In this document: positions 24,938 to 37,103 of the stretch, piece by piece
Position numbering within the stretch: position 1 is the first letter of the stretch
Layout: each line of letters begins with the position of its first letter
Origin: Raja brachyura
Taxonomy: Eukaryota
Length of the DNA: 64,000 bases
Reading direction: 5' to 3'
NCBI GenBank assembly: GCA_963514005.1
Contig: OY740781.1
Location: 118,978,001-119,042,000 of the forward strand
Made by a program: the position numbers and the translations under genes
The notes under the pieces: generated by a model
Told to the model about the DNA's origin: nothing
Database searches by the model: none
Seen by the model: the letters and a program-made list of their open reading frames with translations, nothing else

Positions 24938-25385
24938 GTTTAGTTCAGTTTAGTTTATTGTCACGTGTACTGAGGTACAGTGAAAAGCTTTTTTGTTGCA
25001 TGCTAAACAATCAGCAGAAAGATCCATTTACAGTGCATAGATACATGATAAGCAAATAACGTTTAGTGCAAGTTAAACCCAGGACAGTCCGATCAAGGGT
25101 AGTACCAAAGAAGGTTACCAAAGAAGAAGATAGTAGTTCAGCACTGCTCTCTGGTTGTGGCAGGATGATTCAGTTGCCTGATAACAGCTGGGAAGAAACT
25201 GTGCCTGAATTTGGTGGTGTGCATTTTCACACTTCCATACCTTTTGCCTGATGAGAGAGGGGGAAAGAGGGAGTAGCCAGGGTGCAACTCATCCTTGATT
25301 ATGATGCTGGCCTTGTTGAGGCAATGTGAGGTATAAATTGAGTCAATAGAAACAAATGTGGTTTGTGTGATGTTCTGGGCTGCCC
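24938..25385 (-). mobile_element. Rex1/Babar-like LINE 3' fragment
   Basis: IIKDELHPGYSLFPPLSSGKRYGS...FFPAVIRQLN; (AAACT)n tail. Confidence 0.75.
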
Positions 25386-27762
25386 AAAGGCACACCCCAA
25401 AGGCATGCTGGTGGTAGGTTAATCAGCTACTGTAAACTATCCCTCGTGTAGATGATTGGTTGTGGAATTGAAGGTGGAGTTGATGGGAGAATAGGTTACA
25501 GAATAATAGATTCATTTCATAGGAGTAGAATTAGGCCATTCAGCCCATCGAGTCCACTCCGCCATTCAATCATGGCTGATCTCTGCCTCCTTATCCCATT
25601 TTCCTGCCTTTTCCCCATAACCCTTGACACCTTTTCTAATGAATAAGTGAGAGGAATGAGATTGATGAGATTGCTCTTAGAAATGGCATTGACGCAAGGC
25701 AAAGGTCTCTTTCTTTTTCATGAATATATGAATATGAAAATATGGAAATATAAATTGCATTAAATCATGAATGGTGCTGTGCAAGTGCACGTTTTTATTT
25801 AGCTTGGAAATCAGTTACTACTCAAAAACCTAAAACTTTTCTATCAAATAACAACCTTTAATGTAGATTGGAACAAAACAGAACTTCAGTTTCATTTTCA
25901 GTTCTTGTGGATTTGCATACAATACCAGTTATCAGACTAATTTGTTTATTCAACAAAAAGCCACAATTACAAGAAATGAAAGAAACAGCACCACAATTCC
26001 ATTGTAAAGAAGTTGTCACAGATTTAATGGGTTTACAAGGCATAATTCCTACTTGATTTATTATTGGAAATGGAGAAACACAATGTAATGTTCTCCTTTG
26101 TTTCTTGGCACAGACAAAATGAATATTCACTCTGTCTGGCCAATAAAGTAGCAATTGATAAATGTGCTAACATCTCTTGCTATGGCTATTATCTTTAAGA
26201 CTTGGATCAAGTAAGGTGGCAATGAGTCATTGAATTCTTTTGACTTGCTGGACAAAAGATTTACTTTAATGTAGTAGGTTAAAGGATTGTTCGGCATGAA
26301 TCTCCATGAGCTTTTTTTGTTATGTTTTGGTTAATAAATGTTTTTGATTAGTGTTTCATTAGAAACCAGGGTCATGGAGCAGGCTCTTGTGACTGTAATA
26401 TGTTACTTGTAAAACTACACTAATAAACTTCAAATCTAACTTTAAATCAGTAAATGGCTGCTGTATTCATTCTGATTCTAATCCCGCTGCAACAAATTTC
26501 AGATTTTAAATCCAACGTTTTAGGCATCAATTGACACTCACATACTTTCCTTTGAATGCTACAACATTGCAGACTGCAGAAAGGGAAGTCTTGCATAATT
26601 CTGGGCCGAGGCAGGGTGCATGCATCGGAAGTTGGAGTTAGGGTCAGGAACCTTGGGACCTTTGATCGGAATCAAATCAGGGAATGGAGAAAATGAGGCC
26701 AGAGGTGGTGAGCAGAGGGAGGGGGGGTGTATTTTGAAGGATTGTAGAGTCAAGGCATGGGTTGGGAAATAACAGTCAGTTGGTATTTAGGGCTGTGGAT
26801 CATCATCGTGAATGACCTGGATATCAGTGTATTGTGAGGGTTAGAAGCCCGGTGAGAGAGGATGGAAGCCGAGAAAGATAAGCTCAGTAATGAAACTTTT
26901 CCGAATATAGGCTGTCAGCCCTGCACAGGCACCTAATGAGGGGTCAGTTCTATTAAATCGCAGTTGCTCAGAGAATGTCTAATGACAGCACACACCTTGG
27001 AACTACATGATCTAATTTCCCAGGCAATGCATCAAAGTAGAGTTTCATAGGGAATTATATAAAAATATACACATCTGACAAAATTTATGTCAAGGTGCAT
27101 ATGTCAATACCTGCCTGTTTGAATTTCTGCAGCTATGTTTTGAACCAAACTCAATGGATCGGAATCCACTCAAGATTGCTTATTTTAATGAACAAGTGGT
27201 TGAAAATTTATTTTACACTTTTAAAGGGCATGACACATGAAAATAACGACAACTATCTAAAGACTCTTCTTGGGTATTCCTCATTCGGCCTTCTCACGCT
27301 TAATGAGTGGGCAAGTAGCATCAAGGACCAAAGGATTACCTCTATAAATGTTCAGAAAAATACTTGAATGAAATAGATCTGTAAATCTAGTCGAACAAGT
27401 TTTATACTTATGAAGAATGGGAATTTAAATAAAGAATTATATGCCATTCCTCTGATGTTGATTTTGCACTTTAACATGTCGACATTAAGAAGTACAATAA
27501 AGGCAGCAAAGATAGATATGTTTAGAATTCTGCTGGATTAATATATACAGTCTGACAACTGCAAGTGAAAATCTGCAGCAACATAAACTTTACTGAAATT
27601 TGTCAACTGCATAGAAAATTGATGGCAATATCTATTAGATTCAGTACTCAGTTGGCAAAAATTGAACTAGTATAGTTTAGAGATATTGCATAGAAACAGG
27701 CCCTTTGGCCCACTGAGCATGCTGACCATGAGATTCAAGGAGAGAAAGCTGAATGGATAGAA

Positions 27763-28800
27763 TTCAATTCAATTCAATTCAATTCAAGTTTAATGTCATT
27801 GCACGAATACAAGTATAGGTACAACGAAATGCAGTTTAGTGTCATTCTTAGTGATAGCGATATAAAAAAATAAATACAGAGTGCAGTGGTAGCAGTACGG
27901 AATTAAATAAATACAGGGTACAGACAAGTCTATCAGCTGGGCTCCGAGTTCAGCAGTCTGATGGTGTAGTTGAAGAAGCTGTTCTTCGTCCTACTGGTGC
28001 GGGACCTGAGGCTCCTGTACCGCCTCCCTGATGGGAGGAGGGCAAACAGTCCATGGTTAGGGTGTGAGGGGTCCTTGATGATCTTCCCGGCCCGCTTCAG
28101 GCACCGTTTTCGGTGGAGGGCATCCATGGCAGGGAGCGGGGCACCGATGATGTACTGGGCGGTTTTCACCACCCGTTGTAGTGCCTTCCTGTCTGCCACG
28201 GTGCAACTGCTGTACCATACCGTAAAGCAGGTGGTCATGCTTTCAATGGTGCAGGGGTAGAAGTTCATCAGGATCCGGGGGGACAGGTGGGCTTTTTTGA
28301 GCCTCCTCAGAAAGTAAAGGCGCTGCTGTGCCTTTTTGATCAGCTTTGAGGTGTTGAGGGACCAGGACAGATCCTCCGAGATGTGTACCCCGAGGAATTT
28401 GTAGTTGGAGACCCTCTCCACCTCAGTCCCGTTTATATGGATGGGGGTGTGTCTGCCCCCTCTGTTCTTCCGAAAGTCAACAATTATTTCCTTCGTCTTC
28501 TGGGAGTTGAGGACGAGGTTATTGTTGGCACACCAGGTGGCCAGGTGCTGGACCTCCTCCCTGTAGGCTGATTCGTCATTATCACTAATCAGTCCTACCA
28601 CCGTGGTGTCATCGGCAAATTTTATAATGGCGTTGGAGCCATAATTGGGGATGCAGTCATGCGTGAAGAGGGAGTAGAGGAGAGGGCTGAGCACACAGCC
28701 CTGTGGCATGCCGGTGTTCAGTGTTATAGTGGAGGAGGTGAGGTTGTTGACCCTAACAGACTGTGGTCTGTTAGTGAGGAAATCCAGTGTCCAATTGCAG
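27763..28800 (-). mobile_element. Young 5'-truncated Rex1/Babar LINE
   Basis: (TTGAA)n tail; TAGAA duplicated at 27758-27762 and 28801-28805; uninterrupted ORF. Confidence 0.9.
27933..28800 (-). CDS. Rex1/Babar reverse transcriptase, C-terminal part (open but 5'-truncated)
   Basis: [16 protein letters not shown]...[18 protein letters not shown]...[12 protein letters not shown]...[13 protein letters not shown]. Confidence 0.85.
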
Positions 28801-28953
28801 TAGAAAATTAGCTTTATGGAAGGAAGCAGAGGTTGATGGTGGAAGATTGCCTTTCGGACTGGTGGCCTGTGAGTAGTGGTGTGCTTCATGATTCGGTGCT
28901 GGGCCCATTGCTGTTTGTCATCTATATCAATGATTTGGATAAGAATGTACATG

Positions 28954-29231
28954 CATAACTGCTAAACTCTAGTTGAGGACCAATGCCTTTAATATTATAT
29001 GGAAACCGGTACTATTACAAATTCCAAGATTGATTAAGGATATGAATGGATGAGCTTGCTATGGTGCCTGTGAATAAGATGCTTCTATGATAGAATGTTA
29101 AGAGGATCTGATGTGATGCAAATAGAGGTTAGGTGATTTGTATTTTGTCATTTTGCGATTGTCTTTTATGTGTCTCTTTGTTTTGTCTGTATGTGTATTT
29201 CGTTATGTCAATAAATGTTGAGTTAAAAAAA
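28954..29231 (+). mobile_element. L1-clade LINE extreme 3' end
   Basis: 13-bp TSD AAGAATGTACATG (28941-28953 and 29232-29244); AATAAA plus poly(A); ITAKL*LRTNAFNIIWKP resembles an L1 ORF2 C-terminus. Confidence 0.75.
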
Positions 29232-29580
29232 AAGAATGTACATGGCATGGTGGGCAAGTTTGCGAATGACACAAAAGTAGGTGGTATTGTAGATAGTGAA
29301 GATGGTTGTCAAAAGTTGCAGCAGGATCTTGATCATTGGGCAGGTGGGCTGAGGAATGGTTGATGAAATGTAATACAGAGAAATATGAGGTGTGGCATTT
29401 TGGGAGCACTAACATGGACAGAACCTATACCGGATGGCCGGGCTCTGGGAGATGTTGTTGCGCAGAGGGATCTGGCAGTACAGGTCCATAGTTTGTTGAA
29501 AGTGGCAACACAACTAGATAAGGTGGCCAAAAAGGCTTTTTTCACATTGGCCTTCTTCAGTCAGAACATTGAGTATAGAA

Positions 29581-29803
29581 TGTGGAGGAAGGAACTGCAG
29601 ATGCTAGTTTAAACCGAAGATAGACACAAAAATGGAGTAACTCTGTGGGACAGGCAGCATCTCTGGAGAGAAGGACCGAGACCCTTCTTCAGATTGGTCA
29701 GTCTGAATAGTCTGAAGAATGATCTCAACCTGAAAAGTCACCTATTCCTTCTCTCCAGAGATGTTGCTTGTCCCACTGAGTTACTCCAGCTGTTTGTGTC
29801 TGT
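29581..29803. mobile_element. Penelope-like inverted-repeat short element with TSD
   Basis: 14-bp TSD CATTGAGTATAGAA (29567-29580 and 29804-29817); two oppositely oriented halves; degenerate CTGAAGA...GAAA.GTC core at about 29712-29739. Confidence 0.75.
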
Positions 29804-31469
29804 CATTGAGTATAGAAGTTGGGAGGTCATGTTACATTTGTATAAGACCGCATATAGAATAGTGTGCTCAGTTATGGGTACCATGTTATAGGAAGGCTAT
29901 TGCCAAACTGGAAAAGGTGCAGAGAAGATTTACAAGGATGTTGCCAGGACTTGAGGGTCTGAGCTATAGCGATAGGAGTGATCTTATAGAGCTGTAAAAT
30001 AACATGAGAGGAATTGATCGGGTAGACTCATAGAGTCTCTTGCTCAGAGAAGAGGAATCGATAACCAGAGAACATAGGTTTAAGGTGAGGGGAGAAAGAT
30101 TTAATAGGAACCTGAGGGGTAACTTTTTCACGCAAAGGGAAGTAGGTGTAGAAACGAGTTGCCGGAGGAGGTAGTTGAGGTAGGTACTATCGCAACATTT
30201 AAGAAACATTTAGACAGATACATGGATAGGACCGGGTTATAGGGATATAGGCGGGACTTGTGTAGATGGGACATGGTGGCCAGTGTGGGCAAGTTGGGCT
30301 GAAGGTCCTGTTTCCACATTATAAGACTATGAGTTTCGAAAATGTACAAGGCAAATTATGGTAAGCAAAATTTGAAAAACAATGTTCTTGTAAGTTATTG
30401 GTACAAGTTCAAATTGAAGAGGAATATGATTTTCCTTTGGGAGGAATTGTGACTTTGAAGTGTAGAAATGTGAAAAAAAAAGCTTTAATGTTATAAGGCT
30501 GCTTATCATATCCTGTCAGCAGCATTCATTGATATGTCAGCCAGGAACAGAGCCTGTGGGACCAATTAGTAGCTGCAAGAACTCCGCCGTTGGAACTGTG
30601 AACCCGAGACTGAATTACTGACCAAGCAGCAGAAAAAATAAATGTACCAGATGTACTGTTTTACTTGATCTATTCTGAAAGACAGTAATTATTAACTAAA
30701 CCAGGTTTAACAGATAGACAAGTAAATGGGGAAAGAACTGGACTGTAAAAGATGAATTTTATATTTTGAAATTATTAGAATTCGAGCGAATTTGATCCTC
30801 CTTTAATTAACAGTTGTTTGAAATCAACAGTGAAGAATGGTCAGGTGATATTTGCAACCACAAATGTTGTCCTAGTATCCTTGATCTTTGTTGAAGTTTC
30901 ATCGAGTGGCACAGGTCACATTAGCATCTGCATGTGTAAACTTATTTTATTACTATCTGAGTAGTTTATGGTTGTGGACCTGAGCAATCCTGTGAGAAGG
31001 AAGTCATCAATGAGCAGTGGAAAGAGAAACTGATGATGGAAAGGGAGGAAGCCAAAGAGGCAAAAGGGATTCACCGTGTCGAAACTTCAGGAAGGGAGAA
31101 CTTTGATTGAAACAATAAATATACCAATTACCAATTACCAAATATACCAATACTGAAATTGCACTATTAGCTATTTGTAATATTTGTACCAGCCAGATAC
31201 CACCAACACGTTGGCTCAGAATGCATTCTTGAGAAAGGAGTGGAACTTGAAGTTCTCATATCGCTCCAAATTGCTGTAAATTTGACCAATGTCATTAGCT
31301 AAGAGGGCATCTAGGAATGTTAAGATTTTAACCCAAAAGGTTAAGTTGTTTTATCTTTCCACCGATCAATGTGTTGGAAAGAACTACAGGTGCTGATTTA
31401 AATCAAAGGTAGTCACAAAATGCAGGAGTAACCTAGGGGGACAGGCAGCATCTCTGGAGAGAAGGAATG

Positions 31470-31503
31470 GGTGACTTTTCGGGTCGAGACCCTTCTTCAG
31501 ACT
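31470..31503 (-). ncRNA. Minimal hammerhead ribozyme-like motif in a Penelope-like repeat (about 31372-31540)
   Basis: - strand agt CTGAAGA a GGGTC-tc-GACCC GAAA a GTC acc: both boxes, helix II and the GUC triplet are retained. Confidence 0.6.
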
Positions 31504-31773
31504 GATGTCTCTGTCTCTGCCCCGCCCACTCCCCTGACAACACTCTCCCTTGACCCTGAGATGTAATCATCTGATTTTTTTCCAATTTCTGGACATCCAC
31601 TCTTTTACTCTAATTCTGTGCCTTCTAGATCCTGAAACCTCCAACTGTTAATTCATCTGATCATCCCTTTTATGGTCTCTTAGAAGTATGGAGTAAGTGC
31701 ACGCTGTGATAGGAAGATTATGCATGTGGGCTATTAAAAGTGTGTCTAACAAATTCACAATCTACACCAGAAC

Positions 31774-32102
31774 AGTGGTGTAGCTGGTAGTTGCTACCTC
31801 ACAGCACCAGAGATCTGGGTGTAATCCTGATCTCGGGTGCTGTCTATGTGGAGTTTGCACGTTCTCCCTGTGAACAAGAGTAAATTTACAACTGGAGCTC
31901 TGGTTTCCTCCAATATCCTAAAGTCATGCTGGTTTATAGTTTAATTAGCCTCTGTAAAAACTGTCCATCACATGTAGGAAATGGATAAGAAAATGGATAA
32001 GAAAATGGAATAATGTAGAACTAGCATGAATGGGTGATCAGTGGTCGGCGTACACTTGGTGGGCAGAAGAACCAGTTTCCATGTTGCGTCTCTAAACTAA
32101 AA
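31774..32102 (+). mobile_element. HE1-like SINE
   Basis: tRNA-like head, gtggagtttgcacgttctccctgtg, tail tctctaaactaaa. Confidence 0.75.
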
Positions 32103-33139
32103 TCAGAGGATTTTGTTTAGTTTACTGATTAGACGACAGGTAGAGGAAACAACTAGAGGGCAGGCCATCCTCGACTGGGTATTGTGTAATGAGGGAGGAT
32201 TAGTTAGCAATCTTGTTGTGCAAAGCCCCTTGGGCAACAGTGACCATAATATGGTGGAATTCTGCATTAGGATGGAAAGTGACATGTTTAATTCAGAGAT
32301 TAGGGTCCTGAACTTAAACAAATTAGACTTTGAAGGTATGAGACGGGAATTGGCTAGGATAGGCTGGCAAATTATACTTACAGGGTTGACGGTGGAGATA
32401 CAATGGCAAAGATTTAAAGAGTTACAGATTTAAAGACCGCATGGATGAACTCCAAAAATTGTTCATCCCAGCCTGGTGAAAAAATAAAACGGGGAAGGCG
32501 GCTCAACCGTGGCTAACAAGGGAAATCAAGGATAGTGTTAAATCCAAGGCATATTAATTGGCAGCAAACCGGAGGACTGGGAGAAATTTAGAACAACAGA
32601 GAAGGACAAAGGGGTTAATTAAGAGGGGGGGGGGGGGGGGAGAGCATGAAACAAAGCTTGCGGGGAATATAAAAACTGACTCTAAAAGCTTCTTTAGATA
32701 TGTAAAAAGGAAAAAATTAGAGAAGACAAATATAGCAGTATGTCCTTTACAATCAGAGACAGGTGAATATATATTGGGAAACAAAGAAATGGCAGAACAG
32801 TTAAATGAGTACTTTGGTTCTGTCTTCAATAAGGAAGACACAAACAATCTCTGAGAAATACTAGGGGACCGATGATCTAGTGGGAGGGAGAAACTGAAGG
32901 GAATCCACATTAGTCAGGAAATGGTGTTAGGTAAACTGTTGGGACTGAAGGCAGATAAATCCCAGGGCTGGAAGGTCTGCACCCCAGAGTACTCAAGGAG
33001 GTCACCCTTGAAATCATGGATGCATTGGCAATCATTTTCCAATGCTCTTTCAACACTGGATCAGTTCTTGTGTACTGGATTGTAGCCAATGTAACCCAAC
33101 TTTTTAAGAATGGAGGGAGCGAGATAACGTGGAATTATA

Positions 33140-33707
33140 TTGTATTGCGTACAGTTTTGGTCTCCAAATCTGAGGAAAGACATTCTTGCCATAGAGGGGG
33201 TTCAGAGAAGGTTCATCAGACTGATTCCTGGGATGTCAGGACTTTCATATCAAGAAAGACTGGATAGACTCGGCTTGTACTCACTGGAATTTAGAAGATT
33301 GAGGGGGATCTTATAGAAACTTACAAAATTCTTAAGGGGTTGGACAAGCTAGATGCAGGAAGATTGTTCCCGATGTTGGGGGAGTCCAGAACAAGGGGTC
33401 ACAGTCAATGGATAAGGGTGAAATCCTTTAGGACCGAGATGAGGAAAACTTTTTACACAGAGAGTGGTGAGTCTCTGGAATTCTCTGCCACAGAAGGTCG
33501 TTGAGGCCAGTTCATTGGCTATATTCAAGATGGAGTTGGATGTGGCTCTTGTGGCTAAAGGGATCAGGGGGTATGGAGAGAAGGCAAGTATGGGATACTT
33601 AGTTGGATGATCAGCCATGATCATATTGAATGGCAGTGCAGGCTCGAAGGGCTGAATGGCCTACTCCTGCACCTATTTTTCTATGTTCCTTTGTTTCGAT
33701 GTTTCTA
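33140..33707 (+). mobile_element. Nested CR1 3' fragment
   Basis: Very similar to 42610-43165; interrupts the host NYRPVSLTS-like motif. Confidence 0.85.
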
Positions 33708-34431
33708 TAAAGCAGTAAACCTTACATCGGTAGTAGGGAAGACGCTTCAGTCGATTGTTAAAGATGTTATAGCAGTGCATTTGGAAGGCAGTGACAGGGT
33801 CGGTCAAAGTCAGCATGGATTTATGAAGGGGAAATCATGTTTGACTAATGAGGATGTAACAAGTAGAATGGATAAGGGAGAGCCAGTGGATGTGGTGTAT
33901 CTGGACTTTCTAAAAGTCTTTGACCAGGTCCCACACAAGAGATTTGTGTGCAAATTTTGGGAACACATTGTATTGGGGGTAGGGTATTGACATGGATAGT
34001 GAACTGGTTGGCAGACAGGCAGGGCCGGCCTTAAGCCAATTGGACCAATTGCTCCTAATTGGGCCCAGCGCTTAATGTGGCCCCACGCCAGAGTAATCTA
34101 GGCTCGGGTAGATCTACCCCGAGTGGAGGGGGGAGAGTGGGGTGGAGAGAGAGTAGAGGGGTGGAGGGGGAAGAAAGGGGTAGATGGGTAGTGGGGGTGT
34201 GAGGGAGAAGGGAGAGGGGGAGGTGGGTCGTTCCCTCACGGTCCCGTGGCAGCGCTCCCGCCCCTCCAGTCACCGTGCTTCACGCACACAGCCCGGCTCC
34301 ACCCCTCTCTCCCCCGGGGAGAGGTGGTGAACAATAGAGGAAAGGCCGGGCCGGGGATTGGGGGGAAACAATGTTTACAAACCTCGGCCTCAGCTCACAC
34401 CCGGACCCCGGCATCCATTCCCGTCGCCGGC

Positions 34432-34707
34432 CCTCTCCCTCTCTTCTCTCCTTCCCTTCCTTCCCTTCTTCCCTCCCTCACTTCTCTCCTTCCCTCCCTC
34501 CTTCCTCTCTCTCTTTTCCCTTCTCTTCTTCCTTCCTTCTATCTCTCTTTCCCCCCCTCCCTTCACTACCTCCCTTTTTTCTCTACTTCCCTCCCTTCTC
34601 TCCCTCCCTCCCTTCTCTCCCTCCCTCCCTTCTCTCCTTCCACACACACACACAAACGCACAGACAACTAACACACACAGACACACACACACTCACACAC
34701 ACACACA
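34432..34707 (+). repeat. CT-rich polypyrimidine tract followed by a (CA)n microsatellite
   Basis: Seen directly; lies inside the hAT MITE. Confidence 0.9.
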
Positions 34708-35140
34708 TAACTAAGTTAGGATGGGGTAGAAGCCCAAAGGGTAGGATGGGGCTGAAGCCCAAAATGTAATGCCTGGACTGGTTTTTCGCCGATGGTTATT
34801 GATTTTCCAGGATCTAGTTAATTAAATTACTTTCTTTTTCATTTCACAGTCGCTAAAACAAGTGGTATTGTAACTATGTACTTTTCATAGGTGATCTGCA
34901 CATTTTGTTTGTTACTTGTAAGCTTACATGCATGCAATTCTATATTAAAATGTAGTTTAGATATGTTTGGTCCATTAATTCGCATGCACTTTTTAAGCGC
35001 ACATTTTGATTACTTTCCATTCTACCATAGAGATATAAAGTCTATAATAGACATTATTCATATTTCTATGATTCTACAGACCTTGGCTGGGAACCTGGGG
35101 CTCACCAAAATTGTTCTCAATTGGGCCCCGCACCTCCGAA

Positions 35141-35377
35141 AGGCCTTTCCCAGTTTCACAACCTAATTCACGACGTCTGCCGAGTTTGCCCTTGACTCAT
35201 ACTCGCAGCATGGCCGTCACGAGGTCATAGGAGGTCGTAGATAGGTCGTAAGTAGGTTGTGATGTTAGTCGTGGGTACTCGTGGCATCAAGTAGGTCGGG
35301 GCGTTTTTCCAGCCTGATGAAAAATGCCCACGAGTAAAAAAGGTCGTGAATCAGGTCGTGAAAGTGGGACAGGCCCT
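35141..35377. mobile_element. PIF/Harbinger-like MITE inserted next to the hAT right TIR
   Basis: Right TIR GTGAAAGTGGGACAGGCCCT followed by TAA; degenerate left TIR; opposite-orientation homolog of 59050-59297. Confidence 0.85.
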
Positions 35378-36244
35378 TAAGGCCGGCCCTGCAGACAGGA
35401 AACAAAGAGTAGGAATTAACGGGTCATTTTCAGAATGGCAGTCAGTGACTAGTGGGGTGCCGCAAGGCAGGTGCAGGGACCCCAGTTTAATACAATATTT
35501 AATTTACAATATTGATTAACGATTTAGATGAGGGAATTAAAGGTGACATCTCCAAGATTGCGGATGACACAAAGCTAGGTGGCAGTGTGAGCTGTAATGA
35601 GGATGCTATGAGCCTGCAGGGTGACTTGGATAGGTTGGGTGAGTGGGCAGATGCAGTATAATGTGGATAAATGTGAGGTTATCCACTTTGGTGGCAAGAA
35701 CAAGAAGGCAGATTATTATCTGAATGGTGTCAGATTAAGAAAAGGGGTGGTGCAACGTGACCTGGGTGTGCTTGTACATCAGTCACTGAAATTAAGCATG
35801 CAGGTACAGAAGGCAGTGAAGAAAGCTAATGGCATGTTGGCCTTCATTGCGAGAGGATTTGAGTTTAGGAGCATGGAGGTCCTACTACAGTTGTACAGGG
35901 CCCTAGTGAGACCGCACCTGGAGTATTGTGTTCAATTCTGGTTTCCTAATTTGAGGAAGGACATTATTGCTATTGAGGGGGTGCACCGTAGGTTCACCAG
36001 GTTAATTCCCTGGATGGTGTGACTGACATATGATGAAAGAATGGGTCGACTGGGTTTGTATTCACTGGAATTTAGAAGAATGAGAGGGGAACTTATAGAA
36101 ACATATAACATTCTTAAAGGATTGGACAGGCTAGATGCAGGAAAAATGTTCCTGATGTTGGGGGAGTCCAGAACCATTGGTCACAGTTTAAGAATGGGTC
36201 ACAGTTTAAGAATAAGAGGTAGCCCACTAGGACTGAGATGAGGA

Positions 36245-36542
36245 TCATAGAATCATAGAATCATAGAAAATAGGTGCAGGGGTAGGCCATTCGGCCCTTC
36301 GAGCCTGCACCGCCATTCAATATGATCATGGCTGATCATCCAACTCAGTATCCTGTACCTGCCTTCTCTCCATACCCCCTGATCCCTTTAGCCACAAGGG
36401 CCACATCTAGCTCCCTCTTAAATATAGCCAATGAACTGGCCTCGACTACCTTCTGTGGCAGAGAATTCCGTAAGACTCACCACTCTCTGTGTGAAAAAAG
36501 ATCTTCTCATCTCGGTCCTAAAAGACTTCCCCCTTATCCTTA
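36245..36542 (-). mobile_element. Inverted CR1 3' end nested in the host CR1
   Basis: (ATCATAGA)n tail, then the reverse complement of the CR1 3' end; host sequence gagatgagga|aaaccttcttcacc is split. Confidence 0.88.
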
Positions 36543-36810
36543 AAACCTTCTTCACCCAGAGAGTTGTGAATCTGTGGAATTCTCTGCCACAGAAGGTAGT
36601 GGAGGCCAATTCACTGGATGTTTTCAAGAAAGATAATTACCTCTTAGGGCTAAAGGAATCAAGGGAAATGAGGAAAAAGCAGGAACGTTGTACTGATTTT
36701 AGATGATCAGCCATGATTATATTGAATGGCGGTGCTGGCTCCAAGGGCCAAATGGCCTACTCCTGCACCTATTTTTCTATGTTTCTATATTTCTATGATT
36801 TACATTAGTA

Positions 36811-37103
36811 CTTTAGAGATACAACATGGGAACAGGTCCTTCGCCCCATCTAGTCCGCGCCGACCTGCAAATGCTCTGTATACTAGCACTATCCTACACA
36901 ATAGCGACAATTTATAATTTCACTGATGTCAATTAACCTGCAATTGTGTACGTCTTTGGAGTGTGGGAGGAAACTGGTGCACCAGGAGAAAAACCATAGG
37001 GAGAACATAAAAACTCCATGCAGACAGCATCCATAATCAGGATCAAAACCAGGTCTCTGGCACTGTCAGGTAGCAACTCTTCTACTCTGTCACTGTGCTG
37101 CCT
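36811..37103 (-). mobile_element. HE1-like SINE
   Basis: Homologous to 5329-5651. Confidence 0.75.

Larger units (their letters stand above)
27727..30332 (+). mobile_element. CR1 LINE fragment hosting three younger insertions
   Basis: [20 protein letters not shown] / KFANDTKVGG...LQQDLD / CR1 tail; insertions at 27763-28800, 28954-29231 and 29581-29803. Confidence 0.85.
34020..35391. mobile_element. Non-autonomous hAT element (MITE)
   Basis: TIRs CAGGGCCGGCCTTA / TAAGGCCGGCCCTG; 8-bp TSD CAGACAGG at 34012-34019 and 35392-35399; subterminal AATTGGGCCC motifs at both ends. Confidence 0.9.
32105..36797 (+). mobile_element. Long CR1 LINE (end of endonuclease through RT to 3' tail), interrupted three times
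   Basis: TRGQAILDWVLCNE...LGNSDHNMVEF; SQHGFMKGKSCLTN; VDVVYLDF; [12 protein letters not shown]; insertions at about 33140-33707, 34020-35391 and 36245-36542. Confidence 0.9.

Noticed and set aside
28801-28952. N-terminal extension of the 339-aa ORF (27933-28952)
   Set aside because: This part is the antisense strand of the host CR1 beyond the insertion junction; the long ORF is a chance fusion
32625-32640. G16 run as a functional G-quadruplex element
   Set aside because: A homopolymer expansion within a dead CR1; its length may also be a sequencing artefact
34246-34769. Overlapping 100-140-aa Pro/Ser/Leu-rich ORFs
   Set aside because: They arise from a stop-free CT/CA low-complexity tract inside a MITE
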